Below are positions 31,019-40,971 of a stretch of 64,000 nt of DNA, piece by piece. Position numbers and translations under genes: made by a program. How positions within the stretch are numbered: the stretch's first letter is position 1; every line of letters begins with the position of its first letter. Under the pieces are notes generated by a model. That model saw only the letters and a program-made list of their open reading frames with translations. It was not told the origin of the DNA and searched no databases. Location: positions 3,149-67,148 of the forward strand of contig QCPW01000007.1 of assembly GCA_003209655.1 (NCBI GenBank), in the 5' to 3' direction. Source of the stretch: Prochlorococcus sp. AG-442-M23 (lineage in GTDB: Bacteria; Cyanobacteriota; Cyanobacteriia; PCC-6307; Cyanobiaceae).

Positions 31019-32125
31019 ATGGATAAAATAAAGCGATCCGACTTCTTGATAAAACCATTTCTAAAAAGAAATAATTATAGAGCCTTTTATCAATTAATCA
31101 TCACTATCATACCAATAATAACTCTCTGGTTAATAGTATCGAAGATTATATATTCTCCTCTTTTACAAATTACAAAAGGGTTATTTTTAATTCCCGTACT
31201 TTTTCTTCTAACCCTCTTATCCTCTAGAATATTCTCATTAATGCATGATTGTGGACATAATTCCCTTTTTGAAAAACGTTCTTTAAACAATGTAATTGGA
31301 TTTTTTCTGGGTTTATTAAATGGAATCCCTCATAAACCTTGGGCTAACGACCATGCATTTCATCATAGAAATAATGGAAATTGGGAAATTTATAAAGGTC
31401 CAGTAGATGTTTTAAGCCTAGAAGACTATGAGGGCCTTAACAAAAGAGAAAAACTTATTTATAAGATAAGCAGACATTGGATAATGCTTTTCCCAGGTGG
31501 TTTCTTTTATTTAGTTATTAAAGCCAGATTAAGTTTGATATTAATTATTTTTAATTTTATCAAATCTCTAGTCAAAGAAACTTTTCAAAAAATTAAAAAA
31601 AGAAATTTTATAGAACTTTTCAATATCAAATCGAGAATTAAACCTCCCTTCTCTGATTATGGAGACAACTTTGAGGAATTATTTGATCTAATAGCAAATA
31701 ATCTTTTTGTGATAAGTGGATGGATACTTATGTGTAAATGGCTAGGAACTGTTTTTTTCTTAACTTTTTACTCACTAATATTAACTTTTTCAGCAGCAAT
31801 TTTCTTATGTATTTTTTTCACGCAACATAATTATGAAAATGCATATGCAAGAAGTACAAAAAATTGGGACATTGTCGAAGGTGCTATTTCTGGGAGCAGC
31901 AATTTAGATATCCCAAACTGGTTAAATTGGTTTTTAGCCGATATCTCTTTCCATAGCATTCATCATCTCTCTGAAAGAATTCCTAACTACAATTTAAGAG
32001 ATTGTCACAAAGCAAATTTACATTTGCTACAAAAATCGAAAGTTCTCAAATTAAGTGACTTCCCAAATTGTTTTAAATATATTATTTGGGACAGCAAAAA
32101 CGAAAACCTTATTCCAATTAATTAA
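31019..32125 (+). CDS. Membrane fatty-acid desaturase
   Basis: Three His boxes: HDCGH, HAFHH, HSIHH. N-terminal TM helices. Confidence 0.85.
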   Translation: MDKIKRSDFLIKPFLKRNNYRAFYQLIITIIPIITLWLIVSKIIYSPLLQITKGLFLIPVLFLLTLLSSRIFSLMHDCGHNSLFEKRSLNNVIGFFLGLLNGIPHKPWANDHAFHHRNNGNWEIYKGPVDVLSLEDYEGLNKREKLIYKISRHWIMLFPGGFFYLVIKARLSLILIIFNFIKSLVKETFQKIKKRNFIELFNIKSRIKPPFSDYGDNFEELFDLIANNLFVISGWILMCKWLGTVFFLTFYSLILTFSAAIFLCIFFTQHNYENAYARSTKNWDIVEGAISGSSNLDIPNWLNWFLADISFHSIHHLSERIPNYNLRDCHKANLHLLQKSKVLKLSDFPNCFKYIIWDSKNENLIPIN

Positions 32126-32128
32126 ACC

Positions 32129-32311
32129 TTAGCTAAATCTTCTTCTCATTTTTCTTTTTAGAGGCACATTACTATAGGCGTGAGCTCCAATAGATGGTGG
32201 CAAGTCATTTTTAACGGGATGAATAAAAGCATTTGCCATGCTCTCTAACATTTTAGAAAGCCAATTAATAATTGATCTCATTTGAAAATCTAAAAAGTAC
32301 AGTAATATCAT
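32129..32311 (-). CDS. Small hypothetical protein (60 aa or shorter)
   Basis: Convergent with the desaturase gene. Composition looks protein-like (MRSIINWLSKMLESMANAFIHPVKNDLPPSIGAHAY). The start is ambiguous. Confidence 0.3.
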   Translation of the reverse strand: MILLYFLDFQMRSIINWLSKMLESMANAFIHPVKNDLPPSIGAHAYSNVPLKRKMRRRFS

Positions 32312-32546
32312 CTAACAAAATTTTTAAAAAGTAAATCAGTCTTTATGCTGATTTACTCCTTATTATCATTTCTATCGATATATTAAATTCAGCGATCAAT
32401 AATAAATATAATTATCCAAAAGCGGCACTTAAAAAATAAATACTAAAAGCTAGTAACTTTTACTTATTTCTCAGAATTATCTTAACAAAACAAAATTTAG
32501 TTTTTAAAGTCATGCTATATATCATTCCAAATTAAGTAATAAACTC

Positions 32547-32705
32547 ATGGATCATTTATCTTTTTCTTCAAATCAAATAACCGCAAAAGATACCATTGAT
32601 TCATATTTTGAATGCATAAGTGAATGCAGTATTGTTGATGGTCATCAAGAATGTGTTACTCGATGCGTAGAAGTTCATCTTAAGGGGGTAAATAAAAATG
32701 AATAA
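32547..32705 (+). CDS. Twin CX3C small protein (52 aa)
   Basis: FECISECSIVDGHQECVTRC gives C-x3-C-x8-C-x3-C. Paralogue at 50188..50355 has identical Cys spacing. Confidence 0.45.
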   Translation: MDHLSFSSNQITAKDTIDSYFECISECSIVDGHQECVTRCVEVHLKGVNKNE

Positions 32706-32847
32706 AAAATATTCTCCCCAGAGAAAAACAACTTTAAAGTGGAACTCTAATGGAGAACTTTCTGAGATTGATATGCTGAGAATTTTGGAGAAAATTTCAG
32801 CTGCCGAACTTAATCAATGTGAATTATCTTGCGATTTAGATTTATAG
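32698..32847 (+). CDS. Small ORF (49 aa) whose start overlaps the upstream stop
   Basis: Its ATG (32698) lies just inside the end of 32547..32705. MNKKYSPQRKTTLKWNSNGELSEIDMLRILEKISAAELNQCELSCDLDL. Confidence 0.35.
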   Translation: MNKKYSPQRKTTLKWNSNGELSEIDMLRILEKISAAELNQCELSCDLDL

Positions 32848-33120
32848 ATTTAAAAATAACTTTATTAAATTTCTGTTATTTAAGTTTCTTGTAATAAAGG
32901 TCAATTTTTCTACATACCAATATTTTATGAGTCCATGATTAAAAATATAAACCACTACAAAAAAAATAATTATGATGTTATACAAAAAATCTTAATTTAA
33001 TACTTATTTCAGTCTTACAAAGCAAATAGGAGTTTTTGTAGTTAAAGTTTAACTATATTTGCTGAATTTATATTTTTTACTATTAAATTGTTTTTTGCAT
33101 GATTTGAAAAAATTAATCTA

Positions 33121-33264
33121 TTAAATCTCTTTGTTATACTTCTTCTTATCAAATAAGTTATTAGAGATTTCTTGCCTTGTTAGTTGTATAGGCTCTGATT
33201 TCCATGAATTCCCATGAGTTGGGCAGTAATAAGTCATTAACATCCATTTTTTATCTTTAGTCAC
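33121..33264 (-). CDS. Small ORF candidate (47 aa)
   Basis: AGGAAGG lies 7 nt upstream of a GTG start. VTKDKKWMLMTYYCPTHGNSWKSEPIQLTRQEISNNLFDKKKYNKEI. Confidence 0.3.
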   Translation of the reverse strand: MTKDKKWMLMTYYCPTHGNSWKSEPIQLTRQEISNNLFDKKKYNKEI

Positions 33265-33456
33265 AAATTTACCTTCCTAATGAAAAATTTATAAATGTTA
33301 TCTAGGATATAAATCTCTAAAACTTCTTATATTTAATCTTTTTTTCATTTTTCCTTCACAATATATAAAGTTGTAAAGATATGGCCTCATTAGATATAAA
33401 TACGCATGACTAAAAAAATAATTACTGCTATTTGTTAAGTTAATTGAAATTAAATT

Positions 33457-33588
33457 ATGTCTCTAGAATCAATATTGATGGTTGTGGCTCCAATATGTGT
33501 TTTTACCGCAGGAGTTATTATTTTGCCAATATTAGTAAAACCACGAAAGCAAGCAGTCTCATCAAAAAGATACGTTAGAGGTTTATAA
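33457..33588 (+). CDS. Small TM peptide candidate (43 aa)
   Basis: MSLESILMVVAPICVFTAGVIILPILVKPRKQAVSSKRYVRGL. Confidence 0.3.
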   Translation: MSLESILMVVAPICVFTAGVIILPILVKPRKQAVSSKRYVRGL

Positions 33589-33701
33589 ATTTAATGCAGA
33601 TTTTTAAAAGAGTTTTCTTTAAAGTCAAACAGTAAATACATGCCAAAATAAAAATTAAAACTATATTAATTCAAAATATTTACAAAAATATTTCTATTAA
33701 T

Positions 33702-34144
33702 ATGGATTTTCCTGAAGCAATTCTTTTTGATTTAGATGGTGTTCTTTTAGATACAGAACCTTTCTTTTCTAGCTTTTGCTTGGAGTGAAACTGCAAAAGA
33801 ATATAACCACATTTTATCAAATGATAAATTATTAGAGTTAAAAGGAAGAAGAAAAATAGATTGCGCAAAAAAATTCTTTAAATCCTTTGTTAAATTTATT
33901 TGAGACAAAGATTCTTGGAGATGATAAATTTATTTCTGCTGGCAAACCCTCACCAGCTGACTATCTGCAAGCGTTAAAATTATTGGATGTAAATCCAAAA
34001 AAACATGGTAAAGAAGATTCATACGCAGGGTCTATCTTAGGATTAAAAGCGGAATGTCACTTATTATTTTTGCCCAACGATATTGAAATACTTAATAGAT
34101 TAATAAATGAATTTAATCAAGAAAAGATTCAAAAAATAAATTAA
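33702..34144 (+). pseudogene. Decayed HAD-superfamily phosphatase gene (CbbY/beta-phosphoglucomutase-like)
   Basis: Motif I (MDFPEAILFDLDGVLLDTEP) is followed by a stop and then a frame change. Motif III/IV (AGKPSPADYLQALKLLDVNP...EDSYAGSILGLKA) sits in track ORF 33887..34144. The middle of the domain is missing. Confidence 0.6.
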
Positions 34145-34234
34145 TTATCAGAAATCATTTATTATTTAAAATTATTGAAAGGATTTAAAATAAAATGTTG
34201 AATAAAACCCGTAACACAATCCCTAAGAATGAAT

Positions 34235-34873
34235 ATGTGCGGAAGATTTGAACTTAAAACAAAATTTGATAAGTTACCAAAAATTTTAAGACAAAACTAT
34301 CCAAGTGGGCTTGATACGAAATACCAAACTCAGAATTTAATTAGACCCAGTGATCCAGTTTTGGTAGTAAAGAATGAAGGGAAAATTCAGACTACTTTTA
34401 TGAGATGGGGGTTCATACCTTCTTGGGCTAAAGACCCATTTGAGAAGAAAAGACCAAGACCATTTAATGCAAGATCAGAAACTATTGAAGAGAAAAAATT
34501 ATTTAGTGTAAGTTGGAAACATAAAAGATGCCTAATACCAGCAAGTGGTTTTTTTGAAAAAAAATATCGCCTTAGGAAAGAGAATTATGAGACTTTTTGG
34601 TTAGGAGGGATTTGGAGTAAATGGGCTGCACCTGATGGCACAGAGTTAGAAAGTTGCTGTATTTTAACAACTAAGCCAAATGAATTGATTAAGCCTATTC
34701 ATAATCGTATGCCAGTTGTAGTTCCTGATGGATACGAAGAACAATGGACTGAACAGGTTAAGGATACTAATGAATTGAGAGATTTTATCCACATTATTAT
34801 GGGATGGTCATTATCCGGCTGGATAAAAGAAGAAATAAATAGAGAAGCTATAGATCAAAAGAGCTTTTTTTAG
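34235..34873 (+). CDS. SOS-response-associated peptidase (SRAP/YedK family)
   Basis: MCGRF start, with the catalytic Cys2 required at the N-terminus, so Met-3 of the track ORF is the likely start. IHNRMPVVV motif. Confidence 0.85.
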   Translation: MCGRFELKTKFDKLPKILRQNYPSGLDTKYQTQNLIRPSDPVLVVKNEGKIQTTFMRWGFIPSWAKDPFEKKRPRPFNARSETIEEKKLFSVSWKHKRCLIPASGFFEKKYRLRKENYETFWLGGIWSKWAAPDGTELESCCILTTKPNELIKPIHNRMPVVVPDGYEEQWTEQVKDTNELRDFIHIIMGWSLSGWIKEEINREAIDQKSFF

Positions 34874-35297
34874 ATTTTTAATATTATTTTTGTTATTGAA
34901 ATTTATTAAGTTTATTTGATTCAGCCTCCAACCTTAAATAGGTTTAGATTAATTCTGTTGAAATCAATGGCTAAAAGAATTAACAGAAAGATTAGATTTT
35001 TTAGATGGCTAAATACTGGTCTAATTTTGCCTCTTTTTGCCTTGGCAATTACTTCAACACTTTTTCTATATTTAGTTCTCTTACTAGTTCTTAAATAATT
35101 TTTCTTTTTTAATAAGAGATTAAGTATTTATAACTTAAAAACTTTGAACTTTAAACTTTTTAAAGTTGATTAATTTATCTAATTAATACTTTTTGAGCTA
35201 TTCAAAGTACACATTACTTTCACAAACAGAATCTTTGATGGATAATTAATTATATAAGTTTAAATTAATTTAAATCCACATCCTAAACCAAAATAAA

Positions 35298-36458
35298 TTG
35301 AGTAATATTAATTTTTCTGGCCTTAAAGGTCAAGCTCTTTCGACAAAGACAAGTGATATCCCAAGCATGAAAGAGTTTAAAAGTGTTATTCCAAAACATT
35401 GCTTTTCTTCAGATACGATAACCTCATTAGGCTATCTTTTACAATCAATCATAATTCAAGCAGTTGTTATAGCGATAGGATTAGCAATTCCTTTCACTCA
35501 AAGAATGATCCCTATTTGGATTATTTATGCGTTTTTATCAGGAACCACTGCGATGGGGTTTTGGGTAATCGCACACGAATGTGGTCATGGAGCCTTCTCG
35601 AAAAATAGGGTTTTGGAAACTATTACTGGCTATATATTGCATTCATTATTATTAGTTCCTTATTTCTCTTGGCAACGTTCACATGCAGTACATCATCGTT
35701 TCACAAATCATATAACTAAAGGAGAAACTCACGTCCCCTTAGTCATTGGTGGAAATGGAGTTAACGAAAAAGTTGGAGGCGATATCGAACTGGCTTTCTC
35801 AAATAAATTAGGAAAAACTAAATACGGAATTCTTCAACTCGTATTACATCTTTTCTTCGGTTGGCCTGCTTATTTATTAACTGGAAGTACAGGAGGAATA
35901 AAATATGGGACCTCAAATCATTTTTGGCCAAGGAAACCATTCTCTGAGAAATTATGGCCTGCAGAATGGGCTAAGAAAGTCTGGATTTCAGATATTGGTG
36001 TGGCTGTAGTGATAATTGGAGTAATGATTTTAGTAATTAAGTATGGAGTAATTCCGGTCATAGGTATGTATGTTGGACCTTTATTAGTCGTTAATTGTTG
36101 GTTAGTTTTATATACTTGGCTTCATCATACAGATTCAGATGTGCCACACCTCTCTAATTCTGAATTTTCTTTCATGAGAGGTGCTTTCCTTTCGATAGAT
36201 AGGCCTTATGGGAAAATTATTAATTTCCTCCATCATCACATTGGTTCAAGTCACGTAGTTCATCATGTTTGCCCAACTATTCCTCACTATCATGCAAGGC
36301 AAGCTACTTTAGAAGTAAAAAAAGCATTTAATAAAGTCTACCTTTATAATCCTGACCCAATACACAAGGCTCTATGGAATATTGCTTGCAATTGTATCGC
36401 CGTTAAATCAGATATCAAAGAAGGTAATTATATTTGGCAATCCTCTTACAAAAAATAA
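35298..36458 (+). CDS. Membrane fatty-acid desaturase (delta-12/FAD2-like His boxes)
   Basis: HECGHGAF, HAVHHRFTNH and HVVHH boxes; non-ATG start in the track. Confidence 0.85.
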   Translation: MSNINFSGLKGQALSTKTSDIPSMKEFKSVIPKHCFSSDTITSLGYLLQSIIIQAVVIAIGLAIPFTQRMIPIWIIYAFLSGTTAMGFWVIAHECGHGAFSKNRVLETITGYILHSLLLVPYFSWQRSHAVHHRFTNHITKGETHVPLVIGGNGVNEKVGGDIELAFSNKLGKTKYGILQLVLHLFFGWPAYLLTGSTGGIKYGTSNHFWPRKPFSEKLWPAEWAKKVWISDIGVAVVIIGVMILVIKYGVIPVIGMYVGPLLVVNCWLVLYTWLHHTDSDVPHLSNSEFSFMRGAFLSIDRPYGKIINFLHHHIGSSHVVHHVCPTIPHYHARQATLEVKKAFNKVYLYNPDPIHKALWNIACNCIAVKSDIKEGNYIWQSSYKK

Positions 36459-36591
36459 GCAAAATAATTTATTAAAAAGTATTCTTATATCACATTAATT
36501 TACACAAATCTGAAAAAAATATAAAAGAATTAGAAATTATGTCTTTTATATATTAAAAATTTATATTGATAGTACGGTTCTTTTTTAAGTT

Positions 36592-36753
36592 ATGAGCGGA
36601 GACAATCTTCACGGTAAGCAACCAATTAAATTCTACTCTGAAGAAATAACACTTACTAAAGTGCAATTGTTAGAAAAGCAATTAAGTTTAGGAGATAAAG
36701 TTTCAGATTTAGATGAGAAGCATAAGGAATGGAGTAGGAAGTTATCTAGATAG
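36592..36753 (+). CDS. Small ORF candidate (53 aa)
   Basis: MSGDNLHGKQPIKFYSEEITLTKVQLLEKQLSLGDKVSDLDEKHKEWSRKLSR. Confidence 0.3.
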   Translation: MSGDNLHGKQPIKFYSEEITLTKVQLLEKQLSLGDKVSDLDEKHKEWSRKLSR

Positions 36754-36914
36754 CTACTTTTTGAAGTATATATAAGGTACTTAAAAAATAAAATAATCAA
36801 AGGGTCTAGTGCAAATTTAGCTTTTTTTGTAATTAAAAATAATTTTAAAATGCATATATTTACTTCTATAATTTTCAGTTTATTTATGTTAAAAAAAAGT
36901 TATTTATATCTCTG

Positions 36915-37538
36915 CTATAAGACAACTTTCCTGTAAATTACAGAAAAGTTGTTGGCTGGCATTCGAATAAGCTCTTCTCTACTAAAACCATTCTTGGAAG
37001 CTTGTTCACTCACTTCTCCAAGGTCTCTAACACCCCAAAATTTATTTTGCATTTTTAAGGATTTATCGAATAAAGAATTGCTTTGACTTATGTGCTTATT
37101 ACCAATTTTAAATGGTCCATATAACATCAAAAATTGTCCTTTTTTTAATAATTTCCCTGACTCGTTAAACAGTGATTTTGTACAGTTCCAAGTAGATATA
37201 TGAATCATATTTATAGATATTATTCCTTGAATAGATAGAAACATTTTGAATGGAATTTTCCAAGGAGTTTTCTCCACATCAATATCTAAAGGTTGAGGCA
37301 TTTTTAAATTTAATCCCTCATATTCAATCCAAGAACTAATACTCTTTCTGTGCAAAAGTTCAGGATCGCTTGATTGCCAAGTTATTTCTGGGAACCGTTT
37401 TTGAAATACAACTCCATGCTCACCACTACCACTTCCAATTTCTAAAACAAAACCTCTATTAAGAAGAATTTTTGATAGTACTTTCCCTATAGACTCTCTA
37501 TTTCTCTCAGTCGCAGGAAAAAAAAGTCTATTATCCAA
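36915..37538 (-). CDS. DUF938-type SAM-dependent methyltransferase
   Basis: FFPATERNRESIGKVL start and LEIGSGSGEH motif I; TTG start. Confidence 0.68.
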   Translation of the reverse strand: MDNRLFFPATERNRESIGKVLSKILLNRGFVLEIGSGSGEHGVVFQKRFPEITWQSSDPELLHRKSISSWIEYEGLNLKMPQPLDIDVEKTPWKIPFKMFLSIQGIISINMIHISTWNCTKSLFNESGKLLKKGQFLMLYGPFKIGNKHISQSNSLFDKSLKMQNKFWGVRDLGEVSEQASKNGFSREELIRMPANNFSVIYRKVVL

Positions 37539-37547
37539 AGTATTTTT

Positions 37548-37712
37548 TTATTTAGCTTTTCTCAATTTTGGCGCTTTATAAAACATAATTTTGAAGCTAA
37601 AAAATAATATTGAAAAAGATAAAATTGGTAAAATATATAGTATTAAATCAGGGCTAAGTAAAGATGGTAGGTTTCCAAAAATTAAGTGCATATAATAAGT
37701 AGTAAATGACAT
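37548..37712 (-). CDS. Small membrane ORF (54 aa) directly upstream of the DUF938 gene
   Basis: Its stop lies 9 nt before the DUF938 start on the same strand. MSFTTYYMHLIFGNLPSLLSPDLILYILPILSFSILFFSFKIMFYKAPKLRKAK. Confidence 0.35.
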   Translation of the reverse strand: MSFTTYYMHLIFGNLPSLLSPDLILYILPILSFSILFFSFKIMFYKAPKLRKAK

Positions 37713-37814
37713 AACTATTTAATTTTATTTATTTAATTAATAGCAATTATTTACAAAAATAAAAATAGTTTTAAAAAAAATTTCTAAGAATATAAATTTA
37801 TTTAAATATTAGAT

Positions 37815-37905
37815 AAAAAGAGTCAGCCTGTATCCCTACTAGCTGCCTCTTAAAGCGATATTAGTTTAAATTTACTTTAAATGAGGATTCTTGTCTTTAA
37901 AAATT
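37815..37905 (-). ncRNA. Candidate small RNA, copy A (3' hairpin with conserved loop plus U-tract; 5' end is a guess)
   Basis: Minus strand reads GAGGCAGCT-AGTAGGGATACA-GGCTGACTC-TTTTT. Homologous to copy B at 42466..42500 and over about 30 nt upstream of the hairpin. Confidence 0.4.
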
Positions 37906-38246
37906 ACTTAGAGGATAATTTTTTGATATAAGGAAAAAAGTAATGATTTAGTTACTAAAAAATGAAAAAGATTACTTTTTTAACAAAAATGAATTCCTAA
38001 GAAAAATTGATTTTTAAACTATTAATTATAAAAACCAACCTCAATCACAATAATAAATGTGTTCATGATATAATAAAGGTATCTCAGGTAGAGATAAGAT
38101 TAATTAATATTGACCAAGCCAATAAATTTCTATTAAGAATCTAACTTGCAAGAGTCATTTATCCTCAATAATTTGAGTTTTTAATCTATATAAATAGATT
38201 AAATTAAAATTTTATTTTTTATCAGGCCTGAATTAATATCATTTCA

Positions 38247-38381
38247 ATGAAAAAACTAAACAAAAAATATGCAGACTTACTGCATCAAGCTTCAATAGCA
38301 ACTGGAAGAAAAGAAGCAGTAAATTTATTACAAAAAGCTGCAAAGCTCCAAAACAAATTTGATGAGAAGTCTAAGCTTTAA
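38247..38381 (+). CDS. Small basic ORF candidate (44 aa)
   Basis: MKKLNKKYADLLHQASIATGRKEAVNLLQKAAKLQNKFDEKSKL. Confidence 0.25.
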   Translation: MKKLNKKYADLLHQASIATGRKEAVNLLQKAAKLQNKFDEKSKL

Positions 38382-39066
38382 ATAGATTTTGATTGAATTT
38401 CAATAATAAGTTAGGGTAAATCTTTTCTGCTTCATTTCTTATCTGTTGAGAGAGTTTCAGGATAATTATTTTTTAATTTGTGCGGGGATTATCAAGAGTA
38501 AATTCCACGATCTAAAACGGCAGAAATTTGTTTAGAGATTATGCATAGAGATTAAATGAATAATTTCAGATATAGATAAGAATAATTCCATTGCGAGGTA
38601 AATCGCACAACAAATAACTTTCTGAGAAAGCTAAAAGAAACTTATTTATTACTTATTTTGAAAGAAAAAATTTAAAGATAAAAATTATCAATAAGATATT
38701 AAACTCGTGTAAATACATTTTTGAAATGACACTAAAAAAATAAACTATTTCTCTTTGAGAATTACTTCGAGTTGGAGATCATCTAATTGTTCCAGATAAT
38801 TTCGCATTACAAGGAAATGAATTGCGACTTTTTATTTTTCAACTTTTCCTAAGAATTTCTGCGGAAACTCTATCAAGTAATTCTTTATGATTCATGAATA
38901 TATTCTTTTTCAACTTGATTAATTACACGATTAAAAATTCTTATAATAATTGTGATGGATCAAACACTGAAACCTTTATATCTTCGTTAAAAATTTTATT
39001 TGTAGTTTAATTTAGGTTGTTCATGCGACTTAGGTTGAGTGGTAAGTTCATTTATTGATTAAATGT

Positions 39067-39315
39067 TTATATTTTTTTATACAGATCGCAAGAATGAGTT
39101 AAATGCTGACCATGATAAATAAGTTTTTGATGCCAGTTACAACAAAGAATTGAACCATAACTTTCTTTGATTTTGTAATCAAATTTTGAACAAGTCATAC
39201 ATACATGACTACCTATCGATCTTGAATAAGTTGGATCCTCAATATATTCCCATTCATCGTGAAGCTTATGGTATTGCTCACATAATAAAGAGGATACTGT
39301 TATTTTTTTGAGCAT
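39067..39315 (-). CDS. Cys/His-rich small protein (putative metal-binding)
   Basis: 82 aa with CEQYH, HVCMTC, CCNWH and HSC clusters. Confidence 0.5.
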   Translation of the reverse strand: MLKKITVSSLLCEQYHKLHDEWEYIEDPTYSRSIGSHVCMTCSKFDYKIKESYGSILCCNWHQKLIYHGQHLTHSCDLYKKI

Positions 39316-39557
39316 AACATTAATAATACATTTGTACTATTATTTTTACATCCTCGCAGGTAAGAGGTCAACTTATACATCAAGATAATACTTATAAGAT
39401 CCCGAATCTTGATCTAAAAAAGAAAGTTATCGACTTAATCGAGCATTTATGTAGCATAAATGTACCTTTAAGGATCTATTTTTAGATAATTTTGGAATTT
39501 TCTTTACAAATTTAAATATATATGTTATATTTATTTACATAACTTATTTTTAAAAAA

Positions 39558-39665
39558 ATGACTCCTGAAGCAGAACGTTTTAATGGTTGGGCCGCAATGT
39601 TAGGTTTCGTAGCAGCTGTAGGTGCTTATGTAACAACAGGTCAAATTATTCCAGGTTGGTTCTAA
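39558..39665 (+). CDS. hli: High-light-inducible protein (35 aa)
   Basis: ERFNGWAAMLGFVAAVGAYVTTGQIIPGWF is the HLIP/CAB-like helix. Below the track cutoff. Confidence 0.85.
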   Translation: MTPEAERFNGWAAMLGFVAAVGAYVTTGQIIPGWF

Positions 39666-39805
39666 TGAAAAAAGACGAAAAAAAATTAATCGAAAAAGAA
39701 AAAATAGTAGCTGAGAAGTTAAATGGTAGGTTTGCGATGATGGGCTTTGTGGCCTTAGTTGGAGCTTATCTAACAACAGGTCAAATAATACCTGGCTTTA
39801 TTTAA
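39665..39805 (+). CDS. hli: High-light-inducible protein (46 aa)
   Basis: EKLNGRFAMMGFVALVGAYLTTGQIIPGFI. Its ATG overlaps the upstream TAA (TAATG). Track ORF 39587..39805 is in the same frame with an over-extended start. Confidence 0.85.
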   Translation: MKKDEKKLIEKEKIVAEKLNGRFAMMGFVALVGAYLTTGQIIPGFI

Positions 39806-40043
39806 TAACTTCTAAACTAATAACATTTCTAACCAGGTTGTTTAAACAATCTGGTTTTTAATTGTCTTAAATAAATTATTTTCAGAAATTAAAAAATTTG
39901 TTAATAGTATTTCTATCTATCAATAAATTTCTTAATCATTAAACATTTATCTTTTTGCTTAAAAGCTAATAATTTTTTACTCTGTCTTAATATTTTAAGT
40001 TTCTCATTTCTCAGGCTTTATAAAATCATGATTAATAAATAAA

Positions 40044-40175
40044 GTGATTTACCCTCCACCTCAGATTGTTTTTGGCTTACTACTTTTATTCACTGCAGTA
40101 GTCTTGATTTGGGACATCAGATACAATCCATTCGGAGAGAACGAGGACAGAAAATTAAAAAAAAAAGGTTTTTAA
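40044..40175 (+). CDS. Small TM peptide (43 aa), PPPQI family
   Basis: VIYPPPQIVFGLLLLFTAVVLIWDIRYN (GTG start). Paralogue at 48984..49088 reads MILPSPQIAIGLLLISIGIFATFDIRLN. Confidence 0.35.
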   Translation: MIYPPPQIVFGLLLLFTAVVLIWDIRYNPFGENEDRKLKKKGF

Positions 40176-40551
40176 ACCACTAATAGAATTATGTGAGGGA
40201 AATTTATATTAAGCTATTTTTTTCTAAATCTTTTTGAGCTTCCTCTAGTTTTTTAAAATAACTTTAGATTTATAATTAATAAATTCTCAATTTTTTCTTA
40301 TATAGAGTTCAACCTTATGGAATTTTCCAGTTGGTGTAATTTCTTTTCTTAATTTAGTAATATTTGATTAGTGACTTTTTCAATAATAGAAATTTAGTTA
40401 GCTAATCACACTTCTTTCTTCAAAAAAGAAAAATGATTAACGTTTTTATTAAAATAAACTTTATTAAATTAGATTTTTAATCAGTATAAAAACTCTTTCG
40501 GAATAACAAAAATCATATTAAAGTTAAATCAAATAATTGGAGGGGAATAAG

Positions 40552-40653
40552 ATGACTAACCTCGGATTGGAAATTGTATTCTGGCTAATTTTGTTAACCT
40601 ATCTTGGAGCGAGAATCACTCAAACTAAAAAAGGATACAAACAACAATATTAA
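40552..40653 (+). CDS. 33-aa TM peptide, MTNL family
   Basis: GGAGGGG Shine-Dalgarno. MTNLGLEIVFWLILLTYLGARITQTKKGYKQQY. Paralogue at 54755..54856 has the same length. Confidence 0.5.
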   Translation: MTNLGLEIVFWLILLTYLGARITQTKKGYKQQY

Positions 40654-40751
40654 ATAAGGGTTTGCAATCCTACTATTTGGAAATCCTTACAAAGATATAA
40701 TTTAAAAATATAGTAATTTCTTTAATTAATTATTTTTTATTTTCTAGTATC

Positions 40752-40879
40752 GAATTAAGAAAACCAAATGACAATCCATTGGGGGCCAATTTAATATCAG
40801 ATTTCCTTATTAAAGATTATTGGAAAGAAAAATGCGCAATGGATTCCTCTTAAAAAAATACCTTCTCTATTGCAATTAA
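40752..40879 (+). pseudogene. Probable decayed copy of the C-x8-C-x3-C peptide family
   Basis: DLISDFLIKDYWKEKC aligns with DLSYDIKTKELEAYWNKEC of 54516..54668. It has no ATG and an early stop, and a ...LLYCN stop follows in another frame. Confidence 0.3.
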
Positions 40880-40971
40880 AATCTACTTTTTTTACTTAAA
40901 AATGTAAACTTTGCGGATTGATTTTTAATAGATCCATCCTAAATTAAATTTAATTCATCAAAGGAAGATTT

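Noticed and set aside
33680-33868. 62-aa minus-strand ORF
   Set aside because: It is antisense to the recognisable N-terminal remnant (DxDG motif) of the decayed HAD phosphatase gene.
34916-35098. 60-aa plus-strand ORF with a non-ATG start
   Set aside because: It is only just at the cutoff, has no SD, no paralogue and no motif. Not enough support to call it a gene.
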